Positions 40,883-51,549 of a stretch of 64,000 nt of DNA are shown piece by piece. Under the pieces are notes generated by a model, which saw only the letters and a list, made by a program, of their open reading frames with translations, had not been told where the DNA came from and did not search any database. This DNA comes from Lingula anatina (taxonomy: Eukaryota > Animalia > Brachiopoda), in NCBI GenBank assembly GCA_051362555.1, contig CM120645.1:11160001-11224000 (forward strand). Reading direction: 5' to 3'. The stretch's first letter is position 1. Every line of letters begins with the position of its first letter. Position numbers and translations under genes: made by a program.

Positions 40883-41123
40883 AGGCCGAGACCTTAATAT
40901 GGCAGACCTAAATGAAAGGAAAACCGCCTTGTCCTTTAATGGTCTCTCCGCCTCTCACACCCCTCCCCGCACGTCGTCCCTGCACGGGCACACTAATTAA
41001 ATCTTGGCTCAATTCAACTGGTCGAGGGACGATGCGTGGGGAGCCGTGTGTGAGGCAGAGAGACCATTGAAGGCTTATGCAGTCTTCCTTTCATGTAGTT
41101 CCGCCATATTTAGGTTTCGGCCT
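40883..41123. mobile_element. Palindromic MITE
   Basis: Long imperfect inverted arms (AGGCCGAGACCTTAATATGGC / GCCATATTTAGGTTTCGGCCT; AATGGTCTCT / AGAGACCATT). Confidence 0.65.
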
Positions 41124-41558
41124 CTTCTTAATGTAAATGCTCTGTTAGTTAAGTAGAGGTTAAAACAGGTAATTTCCAGATGTGACAGTGAGAGACATTG
41201 TTCCTGTATTACATTTTGTAGCTCTGAGCACCCAAAAGGGCAGTCAGGCTCTTTCCCCCAGGGAGGCAAGAGCATCTCCACCCAGTGTGTATATTGACCA
41301 GGTGCCCAATATATATCCATTATATATTTCTGTGCTTCCTTGATACTGGGCAAAATCATTGGGACATGGGCAACATGGCCTTGATTTTGGGGGCACGCTT
41401 TCCGCTTAGAATATGCATGCATTGTATTGTTCTTTATATTGATCATCTTTATTTTCATTTCAATCACACGTAGGCAATAATTACCAAAATAATGATAATA
41501 GAAAGAGACATGTCTTGACCAGGTGACAACTTTACATTTAAAAAAAAATTGTTTTCAG

Positions 41559-41684
41559 GGAGGTGTGCGGAAAATGCCGTATGCAATTATGAAAGCTTTG
41601 GGCCACAACCTCCACAGAGGAATGTGAAGTGCGATGTCTGTGTTTGCAAAAGTGGTTATGAAGGGGATGGATTTAATTGCACTA
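41559..41684 (+). CDS. EGF-like exon B4
   Basis: RCAENAVCNYESFGPQPPQRNVKCDVCVCKSGYEGDGFNCT; has a 15-bp in-frame deletion relative to B1. Confidence 0.85.
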
Positions 41685-41869
41685 GTAAGCATTATGAATT
41701 ATTTATAGGGTTTGAAATTTGGGAGTATAAATAATAAAAATAAATAATTTAAAATTTATTTACTCTAAATAAACAGTTAATTTCACCAACTTTGCTTGGG
41801 TCAGTGCCTCAGCAGTTATGCAAACAATCACCAACCATGTCATCAACCTAGAGAATTAATTCATTACAG

Positions 41870-42016
41870 GGTCGGTGAGGTGTGGGGAAAATGGCATTTG
41901 CATTTATAGACCGCTGGGGATATCTGTTCCATACATGAATGAGAGGTGTGATGAAATAATTGGCTACTATTGTGCTTGCGTCAGTGGTTATGAAGGGGAT
42001 GGATTTAATTGCAACA
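41870..42016 (+). CDS. EGF-like exon B5
   Basis: SVRCGENGICIYRPLGISVPYMNERCDEIIGYYCACVSGYEGDGFNCN; cattacag/GTAAGC. Not present in the ORF track. Confidence 0.85.
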
Positions 42017-44093
42017 GTAAGCAGTAAAAATTCTTCAGTTTATTTTTAGGGTTTGAATAATAAAAATCTATAATAATTTTTTTTTTTTCATTTATTTCAT
42101 TTCTTTAAATAAAATCTTTAATTTATCAACTTATTCAATTTAATGTCATAACATGACTAAATCTTCATGGTATCATATTGTAACTTTGATTACTAGTATG
42201 TTTATTTGACATGTTATGTAATGATTGGTGGTTTTCTTAATATATGAAAGCCTGAATTGGACTAACTTAAAAGATGTAAAGCAATACACTGAATACACTA
42301 AAATTTGATCATGCTGTTCATAATTTTTTTCGTTTTTACTATTTGAAGCAACCAGAGCTGCACAGATATCTAAGAATTACAGGAAGAAGGCTGATTTATT
42401 ACGAAAAACACTAACAAAATCATATTAGATTTCTGATTATTTTCAAGGGTAGTGCCAAAAATTTCTAAGCGTTACTTGGCAAACATTGCAAGGAAAGTGA
42501 ATTACCTTAGGAACAAGCTAATTGGGCCTTTCTTGTCCAGTTTAAATGATTTAGAAATGCTAGAAATAAGGTTTCAGGTATTCACTAGACTATTTTATAG
42601 CCATTAAAACCCAAGTTAACCCAAACCACAGTTGCTAGGCAGCATATAACCCTAGCAACAAGCATTTAAAAGTTGCATTAGGCTATTAAATAAGGGAAAT
42701 CGGGAATCAGGGGCAATAATATGTGGACCTTGACTAAAGGTTGATTAAAATGATAAAAGCAACTTCTAATCCCCTTTGGCAAAACATGATTCTATGAGTG
42801 TAATTCAGGAAAATCCCAGTATAACCCCAGATGAAACCCTATCACAACCGTTGTGGAAAAACTCAAAAATTGAAATAGTTGGTGTAAAAAAGGTATATTT
42901 CATAACAATAATATCATCAATGACGTTTGAAATGTCCTCCCTCCAGAGGAACTCAACAAAAAATTCAACTTTAACACTAATATTCTGGACTAATGCAGTA
43001 TCCAAAAGATTTTACCATCTCTTCCCATGGAAGGAAATTACCCATAAAACAATTGTTTTAATTTTTAAAAAAATTACCGAACCATCCAGATATTTTTTTA
43101 CCAACAAATCTGTTTTATCTGTCCCCAGATAAAAGTGTAGATGAATGGCACACAAATATTTAAGAAACAGATCACCCGAAACTGCCAAAGCTTCAATTCA
43201 GAATAAATCATGAATATTCAGTACTGATGTTTATCTTATTATTATTATTATTATTATTATTATTTTTTTTTTTTTTTTTTGAAAAAGAATCAGAACAGTG
43301 TGAATTTCGCAATTCTGCTAAGGAAATATTCTTCACGTTTTTTTTCTTTTTTTTTTTTTTTTGGAGTGCCCACACAGGCCTAACCAACTACCAGACTTTT
43401 CACCGAATGATCCCGAATTCACCAGTGGGTAGGAACACCCTACCTGTTTTCAATTTGTGTATCAGTACACATTTCACAGAATCATACCCTGGAACAAATT
43501 TTGAGATGAGATGTAGGCCCTACTACCGCCTCCGGGTATTGTACCACCAGCTGAAGTAAGTGCATTCATATATAAAAGAAAAAAAGGAACACCACCTCCA
43601 GTGTTGTGTTTGACAAGCTCTGCAAAATGCAGTAAACAAAACTTCTCAATTTTTTTATTGAAAATTACAGTTTAAAACAAAATCATAGGGAAAAGTAAAA
43701 ATTTAAATCCTAAATTGTGTAAATGATTCATGTACAATATAAAACACTTCTGTATTCACACTACCTCCAGCATAGAAAATAACAGGGAACTTGCTTTAGC
43801 CAAGCATACCTGTATGTAAAATAAAATTGCTTCATTATTCTCATCATTTAATCACTTAGTCTATAAAATGTATTTATTTTCATAATTAATACTAGTGAAA
43901 GTAAGGACTTCGTGTTTGTGAACCTTGGCTGGAAACACTGAGATGATATCCAGTCAAAGTCAGATCTCTGTGCCACATGTTGTGGACCCGACGGGGTGCA
44001 ATCAAAATCATCTTGGCCAAGTGATATCACTAGACTGCACCGTGGGACAGTGTAGGAAATGTAACCAAGCACACCTCTCAAGTGGATAATTTC

Positions 44094-44819
44094 TCATATA
44101 TTTTTATAAATCAGTTCATATTTTGGCACGTCCCTGGGGTCCAAGGGGCTGGTCACCATCACCTTGCCCTTCAGGGCCCCATGGTATAAAACCTCCACAA
44201 CATCGATGAAGTCTTGCTTGGCCTTGAAGTTGCCGATGAACTTGGTGTGACCTGGTGTGCTGAAAATAACGATGAATATTTAAGAAATGATTCATGTGCA
44301 TATACCTTATAAACCACATATATTTTGAGAAAATTTGTTCATAAACCATGAATTCAAGTCCTCAAACAATCAGTAAAAGTATACATTGTTACGTGACATT
44401 GGTTAGAAAACCAAGACTTGGGTAATGCTAGCAATATTTTCCGCTTAATCAAACCACTATTTTTTAAATCATTTTTCTCCTAATGGTTTAAATTTGACTA
44501 CAGTCAAACCAACCCAGCTTTGTTTAGCAAATGTAAGTCATTTTAAGCAATTATATATTGGCAAGTATAAGCGCTACCCCAGCCAGTAAGATATGTCTTT
44601 AGAAATAGTCAGTATATATTATGCCATGATTAGATCCTTTCAACCAAGTCAAATTCAGACCACTCACCCCCAGTCCACCTTCATGTGCTGTCCATTGAAG
44701 AAGAAAATGGTGGCAGGTATCAGAGTGATGTCAAGGTACTGCACATACACCGGGACTTCGTTCACTGCCCCACAGTAGATCACCGCCATCTTCCTCAGCT
44801 GCTCTGCAGTCTTTGATAG
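44094..44819 (-). pseudogene. TXNL4B: TXNL4B partial copy 2: exons 44819-44668 and 44259-44094
   Basis: Same two exons with intact splice sites, but substitutions at conserved residues (TPGHTKFIGNFKAKQ, LYHGALKG). No first exon was found. Confidence 0.8.
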
Positions 44820-47596
44820 CTGCAAGACAGAAACAAGGCAGCATTTCATAAATTATATTACTAATTTTATTGATGTGTTGAATAGGACAGTCCTATATAT
44901 TATACAAGATAAAATGTACATTGATTAATGATTATGGAAATGAAATAAAGAACTCAAATAAGGTTATTATATATTTCATGATATATATAACTTAAACTGC
45001 GGGCATGCTGAAATGCACCCTACTATATTTGTCAAATGGATTGTGTAAGCTTAATGCTTAACAGAAAAAATAGGTCTAAACCTGGCAAGGTAAATTCAGA
45101 TCAACAAGGAGAAATATATGCAAATGAACATGGTTGTGATTGGATGATGTCTCACGTGGCCCATCAAGAGGGACACTGCCACACTGAAACAGCATTGAGG
45201 GAAACAGCCTTGCTACTGGGAGGTCTCACTGCCTGATTAGAAAGGGTAAGTTTTATCACTACACTGGCACAGTATTAAATCAGGCCTGGAAAACAGTCAT
45301 GCTTTTGCTAATTTGAGTCCCAAATTAACAAATCTAGCTATGAATTAAGTGCCCCAACGAAAAATTAGTTGCCACAAGTCTGGAATGATTTTCACGAAAG
45401 GTTTACTTTTAATCGTAAGTAAACAGGTGAAATACAGGGTATCACAAAGCATAAGGGCGTTATGCTGCAAACAACCCATTTTGAACGCAATCGTCATCGC
45501 TGCCGAACAACCTGAAATCATGCCTATACAATATTAGGAGATGCACGTCGAGTAAAAGATTCAACACCTGGGTGCCCAGCACTATTATGAAAAGGAAAAA
45601 TGACTTGACGTTTCATGCACAATCATCATCGAAAGCCTTATATCAATATGCTGCATGCGCAGTCGATTTTTATCAAAATAAAAAGTGTGTTTCATACAAG
45701 CAAAATCTAACTTTCCTTTATAACTGTTACTGAACAGCGAAGAGTTACATAAACCCAGTTATAAAATTACAAATGTTATTATGAGGCTAATTTCTCTAAT
45801 GTGGAATGAAATATTTTGTTGGCTTTCAAATGGTAGGACACTCACTTTAATCTTAAAAGAAGTTAGTTAATGTGCTCGTTCCCCTAACGCGGTGCCAAAA
45901 GGTCCCATCAAATAACCAGATACACATCTGTCTATACTGGTAACTAGTGAAAATCTATCTGTGGCCTTTGATAATGGGTAGACACTCACCGCGTTAGTTG
46001 CGACAATGATTATTTCTTCACAGCGATTAAATCATTTAATTATTAAATCATAATATATTTATTACATTATTTGAAATAATTTACCTTTTTTTAATGATTT
46101 ATACCATCTAATTTTTATCTTTTTTATTTGATTCTTAATGTCATCTAATTATTTACTTAATTCTTTAAATAATTTATTTATTTATTTATCAAGCCCGTAG
46201 CCAGCAATTTCAAAGGGGGGGGGGGGGGTCTTTTTCTGAAAAAGTGGACCTTTTACCGAAAAATCCCCATGTACTTATGTCAAATTTTACCCAGAGTGGA
46301 CCTTTTTTCAGCAAAAGGGGGTTCTTTCGAACCTCTTGAACTCCCCCTGGCTGCGGTCCTGTTTATTTATTTATTTATTCATTTATTTATTTATTTATTT
46401 ATTAAGATTTTCTATTATTATCCTTTTACGGATTCGCTCTATTATTTTATATAAAATGTAACTTAATGTAGTAATTGAGGCAACACGTCAGCTTGTAATG
46501 TGAATAAATTGTTTTAATAATGTCTCTTTCTTTGTTATTTCTAAACAGTAATCTATTTTTACACAGGTCGCGATGATGAAAATTTGTGTACGGAGCATCT
46601 TTAAACTTTTTGAGACGGGGTGATTTGTTGATCATGCTGATGTACGATGCTGATGCATGTTTATCAAATTCAATTTTTGGCCACAGAACACTTCATATTG
46701 AATTGAATAACTGATACTAAATCAAACTAGCAGTTATCTTGCAAAACTTAAAACATGATCAGCTGCGCGTGCCAAGCTAGTGAACATAAGGATAGGTGGC
46801 CACGGGAGTGGCACGGGTTAGCATGGGTTCTAGCATCTTAAAGCTATAATCCTATCGCCGCAACAAACAATGGGCACCTTCTTGCTGATGTATCCTGCTG
46901 TTACTACACCAATTCACAGCGGATTGTCGCGCTCGCGCTGGACCACAGAAACAGGCGTCATGGGGTTCACTCGCCTAAGGTATTGTGTGTTATTACGCCT
47001 AAACTATTATGTTTTTGCGTTCGAATTTTGAAGGGATTAGACGGCTTTCCATTGTTTGTCCGCCCCCTTCTATTCACAGGATAGGGATTAAAACATTCTG
47101 ACGCTTTTAAAACGTCGTACAACGGAAACATAATTATTATTTCTACTGTACATGCTGTCTCCCTGCTTGGCATATGGCACATAGCATAGAAGGGGTTGAA
47201 ACGGGTAATTCCCGATTTGACAGTGAGGAACATTGTTCCTGTATTAGCTCTGAGCACCTAATAAGGCAGTCGGGCTGTGTTTTTTCCTGGGAGGCAAAAA
47301 CATCTCCACCCAATGTGTATATTGACTAGGTACCCATTATATATCCATTATGTATGTCTGCACGTCCATGATGCTGGGTAGCAACAGTGGGACATTAGCA
47401 ACATGGCGATGATTTTGGGAGCACGCTTTCTGCTTAGAATATACATTGTATTGTGCTTTATCATAGAAGTAGAGAAACTTCTATGGCTTTATATTGATCA
47501 TCTTTGTTTTCATTTCAATCACACTTAAGCCATAATAACACAAATGATGAAAATAGAAATGGACATGTCTTGACCAGTTGCCAGCTTTGCATTTTT

Positions 47597-48432
47597 AGGA
47601 TTCTCCATAGGGGAATACTATTGTTTTTCCTGTTCTTCTTCTTCTTATTATTTTTCGTCAAAAAATTTCTTTCTAAAATTCTGAAAAAATTCATACTGAT
47701 AGCCTATGAAAAGTTATTCCGGTCCACCTAATTTTTTTTACCTTGACCTAATTTTCAAGGTCACAGAGCCTTTTAAAGTGAACATTTTGCAAATTTCAAA
47801 ATGCAATATCTCCTAGAATTTTCAACATTTTGACAAATCCTTTCAAAGGTGAGGTCGCACAATGATTTTACATCATCTGACCTAATTTTAGGAAAAGTAC
47901 GTCAGGTCAAGGTCAACTTATTGCACGATATGCTCTAAGTGGTTGGCATTCGACAGGGGGTAAATCAGATGTCACAGAGCCACAAGGATGATGTAAAAGG
48001 TTGCCCTAGATATCTATCCAGTGCAGTCGCTAATAATATTGACTATTGACTGATTAGATATTTTAATATAGATTTTTTTAATATTAATAATGTCACAGAA
48101 ATGGTGACTTTGTCAATTTCTTCATGAAATATTGATTTTTTGTGATAACATGCTATAGTAAACTACCCCAAACATATACCCAACACCCTCAAATCAAATA
48201 TCAAATTTGACCTTGACCCTCCTTTTCAAGGTCAGTCGGCTATTTCATGAAGAAATATTGAAGTGGGCTAAAAGTGATGTTTCGTTGACCCCCCCCCCCA
48301 ATTCGCACATGCTCTTTCAGAATAAGGGATCAAATTTAACCCATGACCTTCACATGACCTTGTAAGAGCATTTCCACACCTATTTTGAAGGGGAATCTTC
48401 CGCCACTGGCTGTATCCAGTTGCAGTCTAGTT
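47597..48432 (+). mobile_element. HINE-like element inserted just upstream of the exon B6 acceptor
   Basis: GATTCTCC/GGGAATC subterminal inverted repeats, (TTC)n, a 3' hairpin ACTGG-CTGTAT-CCAGT, then CTAGTT. Absent in the paralogous introns. Confidence 0.55.
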
Positions 48433-48447
48433 TTAGTTTGTTTTCAG

Positions 48448-48588
48448 CTAGGTGTGGTGAAAATGGCATATGCACTCTTGAATCCCTTGGACTGCATTTT
48501 CCATTAATGAATGAGAGGTGTGATGCAAAATATGGCTACCGATGTGTTTGCAACTCTGGTTATGAAGGAGATGGATTAAATTGCACCA
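48448..48588 (+). CDS. EGF-like exon B6
   Basis: RCGENGICTLESLGLHFPLMNERCDAKYGYRCVCNSGYEGDGLNCT; phase 1-1. Confidence 0.85.
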
Positions 48589-48879
48589 GTAAGCATTATA
48601 AATTCTTCAGATTATTTATGGGGTTTGAAATCTGGGAGTATAAATAATAAAAATGAATAGTAAAAGCTCAGACAATTTTTTTCATTTATTTACTCTTAAA
48701 TAAAAAATTAATTTTATCATCTTATTCAATTTAGATGGGGCTATTTTTATCTGTCACAAAAGAGCAGTTGATTACATTCAGAGCTATTAACTGTCTTGCT
48801 TGCTGTCAAGGGGACTTTGCTTGGGTCAGTTATGCAAACAATTACCAACCATGTAATCAACCTAGAGATTTAATTACAG

Positions 48880-49026
48880 GACCAGTGAGGTGTGGAGAAA
48901 ATGCTATATGCATTGATCGATCTTTTGGGCAACAAATTCCATTCATGAATGAGAGATGCAATGAAAAATATGGCTACCGATGTGTTTGCGCCTATGGTTA
49001 TGAAGGGGACGGATTTAATTGCATCA
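48880..49026 (+). CDS. EGF-like exon B7
   Basis: PVRCGENAICIDRSFGQQIPFMNERCNEKYGYRCVCAYGYEGDGFNCI; attacag/GTATGC. Confidence 0.85.
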
Positions 49027-49339
49027 GTATGCATTTTAATTTCTTCAGATTGTTTATAAGGTTTGGAATCTGGGAGTATAAATAATGAAAATCAAAATCT
49101 TTATTTCATCAACTTATTCAATTTAATGTCATAACATGACTAAATCTTTATGGTATCATATTGTAACTTTGATTATGTTTATTTGACATGTTATGCAATG
49201 ATTGGTGGTTTTCTTTATATTTGAAAGCCTGAATTGTCTTCTTTGCTATCATCAATTCTAAAAAAAAACTTTAAAGATGTAAAGAAGTGTGTATTAAAAT
49301 GTGATCATGCTGTTCATAAAATGTTTTTCTTTTTTACAG

Positions 49340-49350
49340 GAAACACCTAA
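49340..49350 (+). CDS. Probable terminal exon of the EGF gene ((R)NT*)
   Basis: Strong acceptor tttttctttttttacag, an in-phase TAA, and AATAAA motifs immediately downstream. Confidence 0.55.
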
Positions 49351-50636
49351 TAAATCTCCCAAATAAAGCAATGTAATGAAAAATCTGCTAAAGAGGACGT
49401 CTATTTCAAGCAACCAGAACTACACAATTATCTAAGAATCACAGATGGAAGTTAGATTTATTCAGAGAAACACTAATAAAATAATATTGGTTCCACATTT
49501 AGTGCATCAATTTCATTTATACAGATGAAAATTAAAAAAAAAACTTGGCATTGCATGTGGTACTTTTTAAGTGATTCCTCATTGTCCGTAATATTATATT
49601 TATGAAAATTAAGCCATTATCCATATTGACAATATGTAAACATCTGACCTTACAGATCGATATGGGACAGCATATATTGTGGAAATTGCTTTGAATGTGG
49701 GACAAGCATTGAAGTTGGCACAAATGTTCTTTGGACTATCCTGATCATTTTCAAGGACAGTGGCAAAAATTTTGTGTCGCTTAGTTGCTAGGGAAGTGAA
49801 TAACCTTAAATCACGGTCACAACCGGTCTTCAAAACTATCACTAGACTATTTCAGGGCCATTAAAACCGAAATAACCGAGTACCGAGTAATAAATTGTGG
49901 ACCTTGACGAAAGGTGGATTAAAATGATAAAAGCAACTTCCAATCTTTGAGTGAAATGCAGGAAAATCCCAGTATAATCCAAGATGAAACCCTATCACAA
50001 CCATTATGGAAAATCTCAAAAATATAAATAGACGTAAAAACTGTTTTCGTAGTTTAAAAATTAATTGAAAGACTTTATTTTGTTTGCTTATATATAAAAA
50101 GTATAGTTACTAGCCAGTTACTTGCGATGGCTGATTTCAGTTTTTAATGCCTTAAAAGAGTCTAGTGATAGTTCTTATGGCCTGAAACATTATTAACAAC
50201 CTTTCCAAATCATTTAAACTGGAAAAAAAGTTCAAATTAGCTTGTTACTAAGGTAATTCACTTCCCTAGCAATGGTTGCTAAGCCACACTTTGGAATTTT
50301 TGGCACTACATTTGTTCCAAGTTTCATGCTTTTTCCACCTTCTGAGCAATTTTAATCACCAATCACATTCAATATTACTATTAGTGAATAGTGCTCAGTC
50401 TCATAGTCACACACATTAAAGAAGACTAGGGAGTGACCAAACGCTCAGTATAACTCATACATGTATAATGTATCAGTAATGTTGCAACCAACCTTTATGT
50501 TGCCTACCCTAATGTTGCAACCACCCGTATACATTTGAAAACCAAATATTGAAACAAAGTCGTCATCCGAGGAAATAATTCAAAACAACTGACAATTCAG
50601 AAGACTAGAATCCACTTTTTTCTTCATGTCAAGTAA

Positions 50637-51549
50637 AGCCTCGGTCACAACCGGACGCACGAATTTCAGGATCGTACGTCCCATGCGATTTTTGGGTGTA
50701 GCGGAGGCCGTTGAGGTCGAAGAGGTAGAGGAAAGTCTGACTTGCGAGTCGCAAGGGCCACATGAGATGTCTTTTCAAGCAGGGACACTAACTGCAAGGA
50801 GCGGTGGCCGTGGAAAGTGTACTCATTTCTTGAGTTTGTCTTGCTTCTTGTGCACGTGGCACACACTCACCACTTACGAAGGGAATGCAACGCACGGTGA
50901 AAGTAGTGCCCTTTTGCGTCCGTTTTGCTTTACACTTGCCTCACACATTTGTGGTGACGTACTGACGACTTACGTCAGTTGTGCTTCCTGTTCTCCTCTT
51001 CTTTCTCCTTCCTCCTCCCTTTTTTTCTAATATGTAAGCTTCTTTCTCTTGCCTTTTGGAGGCATATTAGAAACTAAATTGAGCAAAAATTTGAAAATTT
51101 TGATAATTGTTGTGCACAGTCGACGTTCATTGTAAAGACAGGAGCGTGCGTCGTGAGCATGCCTTTTATACACCAGGCGTGGGGGTGACGCACGTGCGAC
51201 GCATTCCCGGTGTGCTCTCCACTTTGTTCGTTAGTTATGAGGGCGTGCGCCTTACTCAACACGCAAAGGGCCCTTGCTCCTTTATTGCTTGCGACGTGCG
51301 TCTTGCACAACGTGCGTCTCTCTTGCTTACTCCGTGCGAGGGGAGCAAGTTACGATTGCGGCCTTGCTGTTCGCAGGCTATTTGTAGAATCTTTTGGACA
51401 TGCCCAACATCCTCTGCACGTGCTTACGTGCTGTCTGCGACCTCAAAATTGCTTAAGAAGGACCTGCCTGGCCAGGGACGTGAGATTTTGCGCAAAATTT
51501 GGACGTAAACAGCCAGTGAGAGCCCGTACGGCCAGTTGTGACCGAGGCT
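50637..51549. mobile_element. PIF/Harbinger-like non-autonomous element
   Basis: TIR AGCCTCGGTCACAAC, TSD TAA, and a GC-rich interior with CGTGC repeats. It explains the cluster of spurious ORFs here. Confidence 0.8.
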
